Notes: generated from the sequence alone by a model not told the origin. Numbered from the stretch's first letter, positions 10,396-24,200 are shown. The stretch is 64,000 nucleotides of DNA from Bugula neritina (GCA_964035545.1 OZ037767.1:13005801-13069800); one strand, 5' to 3'. Numbers and translations: made by a program.

Positions 10396-11360
10396 CTACA
10401 GTCAAATGAAACCGTAATAAGCAATTAAATATAAGCAATCAACAATCAACTATATTGATACAAATTATTATTTAAATATCTTTGTAATTGATAGTTTTGT
10501 AAACATTAAAAAATAAACTGGCTGAAGTTATAAAAAAACTGGCCAATTACACTTATTACTAAGTTAAACAAGACTAAGTTCGAGTACTTTTCTTCTCTTT
10601 AGTCTATACCAGGACTTAATTGATGCCGATTTTTATCTTTAATTATCTGTAACGAACTTTGCTTGCAAACAAGCTATTGTTATTTAACTAGGTAAAAAAT
10701 TATTTAAATTAATTTTTCAGGTAGAGCAAAGTTACAAAGTTTACTATGCAATTATAACTAACAGAAATGAATATAATAGTACAAGTAACAATAATGTAGA
10801 GCTGACTTTTTTATCAACTGATAAAAACTGATTGATCTATGAATTGTATAATAAGAAAATAACATTAAAAGAAGCAGTACAAACGCTACAGTCTGATAAA
10901 GAATATATATACCTTTTCTTTGTACCAAAAGATAAACAGCTATCAAGCAATGCATATTATTGTCTAATTGCTGTTAGATTCTATGTCTGAGAACTTTGAA
11001 TGTACTCGTTGAGCAATGGCCCAAAACAAAAAAAAATGTCGTAAAATATTTTTTCTCTAGTTGTGAAGTTTTAAAGTGTTGCTGCATGCTTTAATTAAAC
11101 CTGCTTCTAATGATCCTAAAACAAAAGGTTTGTGTCCGAGCTTTTTTATAAGGGCCTAAACCTCATATCAAACTGCAAGAGTAGAGCGGTTTAAACCAAT
11201 CAGCAATTGACGGTTAGATTTAAAATCAAATCAAGGCTTTCTTTATCTAAATTGATAGTATTATAACAGAAATATCCATATTTGAATGGAAGTGGGAAAT
11301 TACTTCTTCATAGTCTCAAGAAAAAAGGTTTTCCATTAATTTAGACGTAATAACGCACAG

Positions 11361-11597
11361 ACCACCACAACACTCACTACAACCACAATAACAGCTACTA
11401 CTACAACACCCACAACCACCACAACACCCACCACTACTACAACACCAACCACTACTACAACACCCACAACCACAACAACACCTACCACTACTAGAGCACC
11501 CACCACCACAACACCCACTACAACCACAACACCAACCACTACTACAACACCCACCACTACTACCACACCCACAACCACGACAACACCCTCAACCACA
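11361..11597 (+). repeat. Inverted (antisense) copy of the 18-bp mucin repeat inside the gene A intron, about 13 units
   Basis: Plus strand reads acacccacaaccaccaca / acaccaaccactactaca (PTTTTT), the reverse complement of the giant exon's units. Confidence 0.92.
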
Positions 11598-12245
11598 TCG
11601 CAGACAATTAAGAAAAAGAGAAAAGCAAAAGAACACTACTGTGGAAAGACCAACAACTGCTCACCAAAACAACAAAGACATAAATCAAAATGCATCGAAC
11701 ACGTATATGTTAGTGAGATATAGTTATTGAGAATAAAAAAGAAGCACATGTCCTCTATTAGGGCGAAAAACTACTGTGGTATATACATCTGTTATCCTAA
11801 TGACATCTGAAAACATATTGATATGCAAAGTGATGCACAAAAAGGGAGTAGCAATGCAAGCGAAAGAAAGTGGTAGGACAGGTAACTAAAACAAAGCTTG
11901 AATAGTTATTACTTGATGTACATTTATGCGTTCGATAGGAAACACTTGGTTTACATGAGCAAAACGGATTGCTACTATGAATGAGATCCGATTGACAAAA
12001 GCTGAGTTATGAATGAGAAAAGAACGGAGGCAAGAAGTTGTTCACAACTCGACTAGCCCAACAAGTTCAGAAAAATGATCTATAATGAAGGCTATGAAAG
12101 CAAGGTAAACACCTGATTTAGAAATGGACCATTTACACTACTTGTTGCGAAGCATAATTGTGATGAGAAAAATGAAACAAAAAGTAAAAACAAAGATAAC
12201 TAATCATAAAACCAAAAGGAATAAAAAGAAAAGTAATAAGATTAC

Positions 12246-15200
12246 CTTGAACAATTATGGATGTTGTTGCGGTTGTCGGTGTAGCGGTTGTTGGTGTTGA
12301 AGTAGTGGTGGGTGTTGTAGTAGTGGTTGGTGTTGTAGTGGTGGTGGGTGTTGTCGTGGTAGTGGGTGTTGTTGTAGTTGTGGGCGTGGTAGTAGTGGTT
12401 GGCGGTGTAGTGGTGGTGGGTGTTGTTGTGGTTGTGGGTGTTGTTGTGGTTGTGGGCGTGGTAGTAGTTGTGGGTGTTGTAGTAGTGGTTGGTGTTGCAG
12501 TAGTGGTTGGTGTTGTCGTGGTAGTGGGTGTTGTCGTGGTAGTGGGTGTTGTCGTAGTTGTGGGTGTGGTAGTAGTGGTTGTGGGTGTGGTAGTAGTGGT
12601 TGGTGTTGTAGTGGTGGTGGGTGTTGTTGTGGTTGTGGGTGTTGTTATGGTTGTGGGTGTGGTGGTAGTTGTGGGTGTTAATGTGGTTGTGGGTGTGGTA
12701 GTAGTTGTGGGTGTTGTGGTGGTTGTGGGTGTTGTAGTAGTGGTTGGTGTTGTAGTGGTGGTTGGTGTTGTAGTAGTGGTTGGTGTTGTCGTGGTAGTGG
12801 GTGTTGTCGTGGTTGTGGGTGTGGTAGTAGTGGTGGGTGTTGTAGTAGTGGTTGGTGTTGTCGTGGTTGTGGGTGTTGTTGTCGTTGTAGGTGTGGTAGT
12901 AGTTGTGGGTGTTGTAATAGTGCTTGGTGTTGTAGTAGTGGTTGGTGTTGTCGTGGTAGTGGGTGTTGTCGTGGTTGTGGGCGTGGTAGTAGTGGTTGGT
13001 GTTGTAGTGGTGGTGGGTGTTGTAGTAGTGGTTGGTGTTGTAGTAGTGGTTGGTGTTGAAGTCGTGCTGGGTGTTGTCGTGGTTGTGGGTGTTGTTGTCG
13101 TTGTAGGTGTGGTAGTAGTTGTGGGTCTTGTGGTAGTGGTTGGAGTTGTAGTAGTGGTTGGTGTTGTCGTGGTAGTGGGTGTTGTTGTGGTTGTGGGTGT
13201 GGTAGAAGTGGTTAGTGTCGTAGTGGTGGTGGGTGTTGTTGTGGTTGTGGGTGTTGTTGTGGTTGTGGGCGTGGTAGTAATTGTGGGTGTTGTAGTAGTG
13301 GTTGGTGTTGTCGTTGTAGTGGGTGTTGTCGTGGTTGTGGGCGTGGTAGTAGTGGTTGTTGTTGTAGTGGTGGTGGGGGTTGTTGTGGTTGTGGGTGTTG
13401 TCGTGGTTGTGGGTGTTGTTGTGGTTGTGGGTGTGGTAGTAGTTGTGGGTGTCGTAGTAGTGGTTGGTGTTGTAGTAGTGGTTGGTGTTGTAGTAGTGGT
13501 TGGTGTTGTAGTAGTGGTTGGTGTTGTAGTCGTGCTGGGTGTTGTGGTGGTTGTGGGTGTTGTTGTCGTTGTGGGTGTTGTTGTGGTTGTGGGTGTTGTC
13601 ATGGTTGTGGGTGTGGTAGTAGTAGTGGGTGTTGTAGTAGTGGTTGGTGTTGTAGTGGTGGTTAGTAATGTAGTGGTGGTGGGTGTTGTAGTAGTGGTTG
13701 GTGTTGTAGTGGTGGTTGGTGTTGTCGTGGTAGTGGGTGTTGTTGTGGTTGTGGGTGTGGTAGTAGTGGTTGGTGTTGTAGTGGTGGTTGGTGTTGTCGT
13801 GGTAGTGGGTGTTGTTGTGGTTGTGGGTGTTGTAGTAGTGGTTGGTGTTGTCGTGGTAGTGGGTGTTGTCGTGGTTGTGGGCGTGGTAGTAGTGGTTGGT
13901 GTTGTAGTGGTGGTGGGTGTTGTTGTGGTAGTGGGTGTTGTCGTGGTTGTGGGTGTGGTAGTAGTGGTTGGTGTTGTAGTAGTGGTGGGTGTTGTCGTGG
14001 TTGTAGGTGTTGCAGTGGTGGTGGGTGTTGTGGTTGTTGTGGGCGTCGTAGTCGTGGTAGGTGTTGTAGTAGTGGTTAAAGTCGTAGTAGTCGTGGGTGT
14101 TGTCGTGGTTGTGGGTGTGGTAGTAGTGGTGGGTGTTGTAGTAGTCGTGGGTGTTGTAGTAGTGGTTGGTGTTGTAGTGGTGGTTAGTAATGTAGTGGTG
14201 GTGGGTGTTGTAGTAGTGGTTGGTGTTGTAGTGGTGGTTGGTGTTGTAGTAGTGGTTGGTGTTGTCGTGGTAGTGGGTGTTGTCGTGGTTGTGGGTGTGG
14301 TAGTAGTGGTGGGTGTTGTAGTAGTGGTTGGTGTTGTAGTGGTGGTTAGTAATGTAGTGGTGGTGGGTGTTGTAGTAGTGGTTGGTGTTGTAGTAGTGAT
14401 TGGTGTTGTAGTGGTGGTTAGTAATGTAGTGGTGGTGGGTGTTGTAGTAGTGGTTGGTGTTGTAGTAGTGGTTGGTGTTGTCGTGGTTGTGGGTGTTGTC
14501 GTGGTAGTGGGTGTTGTCGTGGTTGTGGGCGTGGTAGTAGTGGTTGGTGTTGTAGTGGGGGTGGGTGTTGTTGTGGTTGTGGGTGTTGTTGTGGTTGTGG
14601 GTGTGGTAGTAGTTGTGGGTGTCGTAGAAGTGGTTGGTGTTGTAGTAGTGGTTGGTGTTGTAGTAGTGGTTGGTGTTGTCGTGGTTGTGGGTGTTGTTGT
14701 CGTTGTAGGTGTGGTAGTAGTTGTGGGTGTTGTAATAGTGCTTGGTGTTGTAGTAGTGGTTGGTGTTGTCGTGGTAGTGGGTGTTGTCGTGGTTGTGGGC
14801 GTGGTAGTAGTGGTTGGTGTTGTAGTGGTGGTGGGTGTTGTAGTAGTGGTTGGTGTTGTAGTAGTGGTTGGTGTTGAAGTCGTGCTGGGTGTTGTCGTGG
14901 TTGTGGGTGTTGTTGTCGTTGTAGGTGTGGTAGTAGTTGTGGGTCTTGTGGTAGTGGTTGGAGTTGTAGTAGTGGTTGGTGTTGTCGTGGTAGTGGGTGT
15001 TGTTGTGGTTGTGGGTGTGGTAGAAGTGGTTAGTGTCGTAGTGGTGGTGGGTGTTGTTGTGGTTGTGGGTGTTGTTGTGGTTGTGGGTGTTGTTGTGGTT
15101 GTGGGTGTGGTAGTAGTTGTGGGTGTTCTGGTGGTTGTGGGCGTCGTAGTTGTGGTTGGTGTTGTAGTGGTGATGGGTGTTGTTGTGGTTGTGGGTGTGG

Positions 15201-18200
15201 TAGTAGTGGTTGGTGTTGTCGTGGTAGTGGGTGTTGTGGTGGTTGGGGGTGTGGTAGTAGTGGTGGGTGTTGTAGTGGTCGTGGGTGTTGTAGTAGTGGT
15301 TAGTGTAGTAGTGGTGGTTGGTAATGTAGTGGTGGTGGGTGTTGTAGTGGTGGTTGGTGTTGTAGTAGTGGTTGGTGTTGTCGTGGTAGTGGGTGTTGTC
15401 GTGGTTGTGGGTGTCGTAGTAGTGGTTGGTGTTGTAGTAGTGGTTGGTGTTGTAGTAGTGGTTGGTGTTGTAGTAGTGGTTGGTGTTGTAGTCGTGCTGG
15501 GTGTTGTCGTGGTTGTGGATGTTGTTGTCGTTGTGGGTGTGGTAGTAGTTGTGGGTCTTGTAGTTGTGGTTGGAGTTGTAGTAGTGGTTGGTGTTGTCGT
15601 GGTAGTGGGTGTTGTCGTGGTTGTGGGTGTGGTAGTAGTGGTTGGTGTTGTAATGGTGGTTGGTGTTGTTGTGGTTGTGGGTGTTGTTGTGGTTGTGGGT
15701 GTGGTAGTGGTTGTGGGTCTTGTAGTAGTGGTTGGAGTTGTAGTAGTGGTTGGGGTGGTAGTGGTGGTTGGTGTTGTGGTAGTGGTTGGAGTTGTGGTTG
15801 TGGTTGGTGTTGTAGTAGTGGTTGGTGTTGTAGTCGTGCTGGGTCTTGTCGTGGTTGTGGGTGTTGTTGTGGTTGTAGGTGTTGTTGTGGTTGGGGGTGT
15901 TGTAGTAGTCGTGGGTGTTGTAGTAATGGTTGGTGTTGTAGTGGTGGTTAGTAATGTAGTGGTTGTGGGTGTGGTAGTAGTGGTTGTGGGTGTGGTAGTA
16001 GTGGTTGGTGTTGTAGTGGTGGTGGGTGTTGTTGTGATTGTGGGTGTTGTTGTGGTTGTGGGTGTGGTAGTAGTGGTTGGTGTTGTGGTGGTTGTGGGCG
16101 TTCTAGTCGTGGTAGGTGTTGTAGTAGTGGTTAAAGTCATAGTAGTCGTGGGTGTTGTCGTGGTTGTGGGTGTGGTAGTAGTGGTGGGTGTTGTAGTAGT
16201 CGTGGGTGTTGTAGTAGTGGTTGGTGTTGTTGTGGTGGTTGGTGTTGTAGTAGTGGTTGGTGTTGTCGTGGTAGTGGGTGTTGTTGTGGTTGTGGGTGTG
16301 GTAGTAGTGGTTGGTAGTGTAGTGATGGTGGGTGTTGTCGTGGTTGTGGGTGTTGTTGTGGTTGTGGGTGTGGTAGTAGTTGTGGGTGTTGTCATGAGAG
16401 TGGGTGTTGTGGTGGTTGTGGGTGTGGTAGTAGTGGTTGGTGTTGTCGTGGTAGTGGGTGTTGTGGTGGTTGGGGGTGTGGTAGTAGTGGTGGGTGTTGT
16501 AGTGGTCGTGGGTGTTGTAGTAGTGGTTAGTGTAGTAGTGGTGGTTGGTAATGTAGTGGTGGTGGGTGTTGTAGTGGTGGTTGGTGTTGTAGTAGTGGTT
16601 GGTGTTGTAGTCGTGCTGGGTGTTGTCGTGGTTGTGGGTGTTGTTGTCGTTGTAGGTGTGGTAGTAGTTGTGGGTCTTGTAGTAGTGGTTGGAGTTGTAG
16701 TAGTGGTCGGTGTTGTCGTGGTGGTGGGTGTTGTCGTGGTTGTGGGTGTGGTAGTAGTGGTTGGTGTTGTAGTGGTGGTGGGTGTTGTTGTGGTTGTGGG
16801 TGTTGTTGTGAATGTGGGTGTGGTAGTAGTTGTGGGTGTCGTAGTAGTGGTGGGTGTTGTCGTGGTAGTGGGTGTTGTCGTGGTTGTGGGCGTGGTAGTA
16901 GTTGTAGGTGTTGTAGTAGTGGTGGGTGTTGTTGTGGTTGTGGGTGTTGTTGTGGTTGTGGGTGTTGTAGTAGTCGTGGGTGTTGTAGTAGTGGTTGGTG
17001 TTGTAGTGGTGGTTAGTAATGTAGTGGTTGTGGGTGTGGTAGTAGTGGTTGGTGTTGTAGTGGTGGTGGGTGTTGTTGTGGTTGTGGGCGTGGTAGTAGT
17101 TGTAGGTGTTGTAGTAGTGGTGGGTGTTGTTGTGGTTGTGGGTGTTGTTGTGGTTCCGGGTGTTGTAGTAGCCGTGGGTGTTGTAGTAGTGGTTGGTGTT
17201 GTAGTGGTGGTTAGTAATGTAGTGGTTGTGGGTGTGGTAGTAGTGGTTGGTGTTGTAGTAGTGGTTGGTGTTGTTGTGGTTGTGGGTGTTGTTGTGGTTG
17301 TGGGCGTGGTAGTAGTTGTGGGTGTTGTAGTAGTGGTTGGTGTTGTCGTGGTAGTGGGTGTTGTCGTGGTTGTGGGCGTGGTAGTAGTGGTTGGTGTTGT
17401 AGTGGTGGTGGGTGTTGTCTTGGTTGTGGGTGTTGTTGTAGTTGTGGGTGTGGTAGTATTTGTGGGTGTTGTAGTAGTGGTTGGTGTGGTAGTGGTGGTT
17501 GGTGTTGTGGTAGTGGTTGGTGTTGTAGTAGTAGTTGGTGTTGTGGTTGTGGTTGGTGTTGTAGTAGTGGTTGGTGTTGTAGTCGTGCTAGGTGTTGCCG
17601 TGGTTGTGGGTGTTGTTGTGGTTGTAGGTGTGGTAGTAGTTGTGGGTGTTGTAATAGTGCTTGGTGTTGTAGTAGTAGTTGGTGTTATCGTGGTAGTGGG
17701 TGTTGTCGTGGTTGTGGGCGTGGTAGTAGTTGTTGGTGTTGTAGTGGTGGTGGGTGTTGTTGTGGTTGTGGGTGTTGTTGTGATTGTGGGTGTGATAGTA
17801 GTTGTGGGTCTTGTAGTAGTGGTTGGTGTTGTTGTGGTTGTGGGTGTTGTTGTGGTTGTGGGTGTTGTAGTAGTTGTTGGTGTTGTAGTAGTGGTTAGTG
17901 TGGTAGTGGTGGTTGGTGTTGTGGTAGTGGTTGGAGTTGTGGTTGTGGTTGGTGTTGTAGTAGTGGTTGGTGTTGTAGTCGTGCTGGGTCTTGTCGTGGT
18001 TGTGGGTGTTGTTGTGGTTGTAGGTGTGGTAGTAGTTGTGGGTGTTGTAGTAGTGGTTGGTGTTGTAGTAGTGGTTGGTGTTGTCGTGGTAGTGGGTGTT
18101 GTTGTGGTTGTGGGTGTGGTAGTAGTGGTTGGTGTTGTAGTGGTGGTGGGTGTTGTAGTAGTGGTTGGTGTTGTAGTCGTGCTGGGTGTTGTCGTGGTTG

Positions 18201-21200
18201 TGGGTGTTGTCGTGGTGGTGGGTGTTCTCGTGGTTGTGGGCGTGGTAGTAGTGGTTGGTGTTGTAGTGGTGGTGGGTGTTGTAGTTGTGGGTGTTGTTGT
18301 GGTTGTGGGTGTGGTAGTAGTTGTGGGTGTCGTAGTAGTGGTTGGTGTGGTAGTAGTTGTCGGTGTTGTAGTAGTGGTTGGTGTTGTCGTGGTAGTGGGT
18401 GTTGTAGTCGTGCTGGGTGTTGTCGTGGTTGTGGGTGTTGTTGTCGTTGTAGGTGTGGTAGTAGTTGTGGGTCTTGTAGTAGTGGTTGGAGTTGTAGTAG
18501 TGGTTGGTTTTGTCGTGGTGGTGGGTGTTGTCGTGGTTGTGGGTGTGGTAGTAGTGGTTGGTGTTGTAGTGGTGGTGGGTGTTGTTGTGGTTGTGGGTGT
18601 TGTTGTGGTTGTGGGTGTGGTAGTAGTTGTGGGTGTCGTAGTAGTGGTGGGTGTTGTCGTGGTAGTGGGTGTTGTCGTGGTTGTGGGCGTGGTAGTAGTT
18701 GTAGGTGTTGTAGTAGTGGTGGGTGTTGTTGTGGTTGTGGGTGTTGTTGTGGTTGTGGGTGTTGTAGTAGTCATGGGTGTTGTAGTAGTGGTTGGTGTTG
18801 TAGTGGTGGTTAGTAGTGTAGTGGTTGTGGGTGTGGTAGTAGTGGTTGGTGTTGTAGTGGTGGTGGGTGTTGTTGTGGTTGTGGGTGTTGTTGTGGTTGT
18901 GGGTGTGGTAGTAGTTGTGGGTGTCGTAGTAGTGGTTGGTGTGGTAGTAGTTGTCGGTGTTGCAGTAGTGGTTGGTGTTGTCGTGGTAGTGGGTGTTGTC
19001 GTGGTTGTGGGTGTTGTAGTAGTGGTTGGTGTTGTAGTGGTGGTGGGTGTTGTTGTGGTTGTGGGTGTTGTTGTGGTTGTGGGTGTTGTTGTGGTGGTGG
19101 GTGTTGTAGTAGTGGTTGGTGTTGTAGTGGTGGTTGGTGTTGTAGTAGTGGTTGGTGTTGTCGTGGTAGTGGGTGTTGTTGTGGTTGTGGGTGTGGTAGT
19201 AGTGGTTGGTGTTGTAGTGGTGGTGGGTGTTGTCGTGGTTGTGGGTGTTGTCGTGGTAGTGGGTGTTGTCGTGGTTGTGGGCGTGGTAGTAGTGGTTGGT
19301 GTTGTAGTAGTGGTTGGTGTTGTAGTAGTGGTTGGTGTTGTAGTAGTGGTTGGTGTTGTCGTGGTAGTGGGTGTTGTTGTGGTTGTGGGTGTGGTAGTAG
19401 TGGTTGGTGTTGTAGTGGTGGTGGGTGTTGTCGTGGTTGTGGGTGTTGTCGTGGTAGTGGGTGTTGTCGTGGTTGTGGGCGTGGTAGTAGTGGTTGGTGT
19501 TGTAGTAGTGGTTGGTGTTGTAGTAGTGGTTGGTGTTGTAGTAGTGGTTGGTGTTGTCGTGGTAGTGGGTGTTGTTGTGGTTGTGGGTGTGGTAGTAGTT
19601 GTGGGTGTTGTAGTGGTGGTGGGTGTTGTTGTGGTTGTGGGTGTTGTTGTGGTTGTGGGTGTGGTAGTAGTTGTGGGTGTCGTAGTAGTGGTTGGTGTTG
19701 TAGTAGTGGTTGGTGTTGTAGTAGTGGTTGGTGTTGTCGTGGTAGTGGGTGTTGTCGTGGTTGTGGGCGTGGTAGTAGTGGTTGGTAGTGTAGTGGTGGT
19801 GGGTGTTGTAGTAGTGGTTGGTGTTGTAGTAGTGGTTGGTGTTGTAGTAGTGGTTGGTGTTGTAGTCGTGCTGGGTGTTGTCGTGGTTGTGGGTGTTGTT
19901 GTCGTTGTAAGTGTGGTAGTAGTTGTGGGTCTTGTAGTAGTGGTTGGAGTTGTAGTAGTGGTTGGTGTTGTCGTGGTGGTGGGTGTTGTCGTGGTTGTGG
20001 GTGTGGTAGTAGTGGTTGGTGTTGTAGTGGTGGTGGGTGTTGTTGTGGTTGTGGGTGTTGTTGTGAATGTGGGTGTGGTAGTAGTTGTGGGTGTCGTAGT
20101 AGTGGTGGGTGTTGTCGTGGTAGTGGGTGTTGTCGTGGTTGTGGGCGTGGTAGTAGTTGTAGGTGTTGTAGTAGTGGTGGGTGTTGTTGTGGTTGTGGGT
20201 GTTGTTGTGGTTGTGGGTGTTGTAGTAGTCGTGGGTGTTGTAGTAGTGGTTGGTGTTGTAGTGGTGGTTAGTAATGTAGTGGTTGTGGGTGTGGTAGTAG
20301 TGGTTGGTGTTGTAGCGGTGGTGGGTGTTGTTGTGGTTGTGGGCGTGGTAGTAGTTGTAGGTGTTGTAGTAGTGGTGGGTGTTGTTGTGGTTGTGGGTGT
20401 TGTTGTGGTTGCGGGTGTTGTAGTAGCCGTGGGTGTTGTAGTAGTGGTTGGTGTTGTTGTGGTGGTTGGTGTTGTAGTAGTGGTTGGTGTTGTCGTGGTA
20501 GTGGGTGTTGTTGTGGTTGTGGGTGTGGTGGTAGTTGTGGGTGTTAATGTGGTTGTGGGTGTGGTAGTAGTTGTGGGTGTTGTGGTGGTTGTGGGTGTTG
20601 TAGTAGTGGTTGGTGTTGTAGTGGTGGTTGGTGTTGTAGTAGTGGTTGGTGTTGTCGTGGTAGTGGGTGTTGTCGTGGTTGTGGGTGTGGTAGTAGTGGT
20701 GGGTGTTGTAGTAGTGGTTGGTGTTGTCGTGGTTGTGGGTGTTGTTGTCGTTGTAGGTGTGGTAGTAGTTGTGGGTGTTGTAATAGTGCTTGGTGTTGTA
20801 GTAGTGGTTGGTGTTGTCGTGGTAGTGGGTGTTGTCGTGGTTGTGGGCGTGGTAGTAGTGGTTGGTGTTGTAGTGGTGGTGGGTGTTGTAGTAGTGGTTG
20901 GTGTTGTAGTAGTGGTTGGTGTTGAAGTCGTGCTGGGTGTTGTCGTGGTTGTGGGTGTTGTTGTCGTTGTAGGTGTGGTAGTAGTTGTGGGTCTTGTGGT
21001 AGTGGTTGGAGTTGTAGTAGTGGTTGGTGTTGTCGTGGTAGTGGGTGTTGTTGTGGTTGTGGGTGTGGTAGAAGTGGTTAGTGTCGTAGTGGTGGTGGGT
21101 GTTGTTGTGGTTGTGGGTGTTGTTGTGGTTGTGGGCGTGGTAGTAGTTGTGGGTGTTGTAGTAGTGGTTGGTGTTGTCGTGGTAGTGGGTGTTGTCGTGG

Positions 21201-24200
21201 TTGTGGGTGTGGTAGAAGTGGTTAGTGTCGTAGTGGTGGTGGGTGTTGTTGTGGTTGTGGGTGTTGTTGTGGTTGTGGGCGTGGTAGTAGTTGTGGGTGT
21301 TGTAGTAGTGGTTGGTGTTGTCGTGGTTGTGGGTGTTGTTGTGGTTGTGGGTGTGGTAGTAGTTGTGGGCGTCGTAGTAGTGGTTGGTGTTGTAGTAGTG
21401 GTTGGTGTTGTAGTAGTGGTTGGTGTTGTAGTAGTGGTTGCTGTTGTAGTCGTGCTGGGTGTTGTGGTGGTTGTGGGTGTTGTTGTCGTTGTGGGTGTTG
21501 TTGTGGTTGTGGGTGTTGTCATGGTTGTGGGTGTGGTAGTAGTAGTGGGTGTTGTAGTAGTGGTTGGTGTTGTAGTGGTGGTTAGTAATGTAGTGGTGGT
21601 GGGTGTTGTAGTAGTGGTTGGTGTTGTAGTGGTGGTTGGTGTTGTCGTGGTAGTGGGTGTTGTTGTGGTTGTGGGTGTGGTAGTAGTGGTTGGTGTTGTA
21701 GTGGTGGTTGGTGTTGTCGTGGTAGTGGGTGTTGTTGTGGTTGTGGGTGTTGTAGTAGTGGTTGGTGTTGTCGTGGTAGTGGGTGTTGTCGTGGTTGTGG
21801 GCGTGGTAGTAGTGGTTGGTGTTGTAGTGGTGGTGGGTGTTGTTGTGGTAGTGGGTGTTGTCGTGGTTGTGGGTGTGGTAGTAGTGGTTGGTGTTGTAGT
21901 AGTGGTGGGTGTTGTCGTGGTTGTAGGTGTTGCAGTGGTGGTGGGTGTTGTGGTTGTTGTGGGCGTCGTAGTCGTGGTAGGTGTTGTAGTAGTGGTTAAA
22001 GTCGTAGTAGTCGTGGGTGTTGTCGTGGTTGTGGGTGTGGTAGTAGTGGTGGGTGTTGTAGTAGTCGTGGGTGTTGTAGTAGTGGTTGGTGTTATAGTGG
22101 TGGTTAGTAATGTAGTGGTGGTGGGTGTTGTAGTAGTGGTTGGTGTTGTAGTGGTGGTTGGTGTTGTAGTAGTGGTTGGTGTTGTCGTGGTAGTGGGTGT
22201 TGTCGTGGTTGTGGGTGTGGTAGTAGTGGTGGGTGTTGTAGTAGTGGTTGGTGTTGTAGTGGTGGTTAGTAATGTAGTGGTGGTGGGTGTTGTAGTAGCG
22301 GTTGGTGTTGTAGTAGTGATTGGTGTTGTAGTGGTGGTTAGTAATGTAGTGGTGGTGGGTGTTGTAGTAGTGGTTGGTGTTGTAGTAGTGGTTGGTGTTG
22401 TCGTGGTTGTGGGTGTTGTCGTGGTAGTGGGTGTTGTCGTGGTTGTGGGCGTGGTAGTAGTGGTTGGTGTTGTAGTGGGGGTGGGTGTTGTTGTGGTTGT
22501 GGGTGTTGTTGTGGTTGTGGGTGTGGTAGTAGTTGTGGGTGTCGTAGAAGTGGTTGGTGTTGTAGTAGTGGTTGGTGTTGTAGTAGTGGTTGGTGTTGTC
22601 GTGGTTGTGGGTGTTGTTGTCGTTGTAGGTGTGGTAGTAGTTGTGGGTGTTGTAATAGTGCTTGGTGTTGTAGTAGTGGTTGGTGTTGTCGTGGTAGTGG
22701 GTGTTGTCGTGGTTGTGGGCGTGGTAGTAGTGGTTGGTGTTGTAGTGGTGGTGGGTGTTGTAGTAGTGGTTGGTGTTGTAGTAGTGGTTGGTGTTGAAGT
22801 CGTGCTGGGTGTTGTCGTGGTTGTGGGTGTTGTTGTCGTTGTAGGTGTGGTAGTAGTTGTGGGTCTTGTGGTAGTGGTTGGAGTTGTAGTAGTGGTTGGT
22901 GTTGTCGTGGTAGTGGGTGTTGTTGTGGTTGTGGGTGTGGTAGAAGTGGTTAGTGTCGTAGTGGTGGTGGGTGTTGTTGTGGTTGTGGGTGTTGTTGTGG
23001 TTGTGGGTGTTGTTGTGGTTGTGGGTGTGGTAGTAGTTGTGGGTGTTCTGGTGGTTGTGGGCGTCGTAGTTGTGGTTGGTGTTGTAGTGGTGGTGGGTGT
23101 TGTTGTGGTTGTGGGTGTGGTAGTAGTGGTTGGTGTTGTCGTGGTAGTGGGTGTTGTGGTGGTTGGGGGTGTGGTAGTAGTGGTGGGTGTTGTAGTGGTC
23201 GTGGGTGTTGTAGTAGTGGTTAGTGTAGTAGTGGTGGTTGGTAATGTAGTGGTGGTGGGTGTTGTAGTGGTGGTTGGTGTTGTAGTAGTGGTTGGTGTTG
23301 TCGTGGTAGTGGGTGTTGTCGTGGTTGTGGGTGTCGTAGTAGTGGTTGGTGTTGTAGTAGTGGTTGGTGTTGTAGTAGTGGTTGGTGTTGTAGTAGTGGT
23401 TGGTGTTGTAGTCGTGCTGGGTGTTGTCGTGGTTGTGGATGTTGTTGTCGTTGTGGGTGTGGTAGTAGTTGTGGGTCTTGTAGTTGTGGTTGGAGTTGTA
23501 GTAGTGGTTGGTGTTGTCGTGGTAGTGGGTGTTGTCGTGGTTGTGGGTGTGGTAGTAGTGGTTGGTGTTGTAATGGTGGTTGGTGTTGTTGTGGTTGTGG
23601 GTGTTGTTGTGGTTGTGGGTGTGGTAGTGGTTGTGGGTCTTGTAGTAGTGGTTGGAGTTGTAGTAGTGGTTGGGGTGGTAGTGGTGGTTGGTGTTGTGGT
23701 AGTGGTTGGAGTTGTGGTTGTGGTTGGTGTTGTAGTAGTGGTTGGTGTTGCAGTCGTGCTGGGTCTTGTCGTGGTTGTGGGTGTTGTTGTGGTTGTAGGT
23801 GTTGTTGTGGTTGGGGGTGTTGTAGTAGTCGTGGGTGTTGTAGTAATGGTTGGTGTTGTAGTGGTGGTTAGTAATGTAGTGGTTGTGGGTGTGGTAGTAG
23901 TGGTTGTGGGTGTGGTAGTAGTGGTTGGTGTTGTAGTGGTGGTGGGTGTTGTTGTGATTGTGGGTGTTGTTGTGGTTGTGGGTGTGGTAGTAGTGGTTGG
24001 TGTTGTGGTGGTTGTGGGCGTTCTAGTCTTGGTAGGTGTTGTAGTAGTGGTTAAAGTCATAGTAGTCGTGGGTGTTGTCGTGGTTGTGGGTGTGGTAGTA
24101 GTGGTGGGTGTTGTAGTAGTCGTGGGTGTTGTAGTAGTGGTTGGTGTTGCTGTGGTGGTTGGTGTTGTAGTAGTGGTTGGTGTTGTCGTGGTAGTGGGTG

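Noticed and set aside
11336-11596. Poly-Val/Gly 86-aa ORF as a membrane protein
   Set aside because: It is simply the opposite-strand reading of the inverted Thr/Pro repeat.
11340-11723. Plus-strand open frame (PTTTTT repeats followed by a Lys-rich tail) as a nested gene
   Set aside because: No ATG, a weak acceptor and no partner exons found. Retained only as an inverted repeat.
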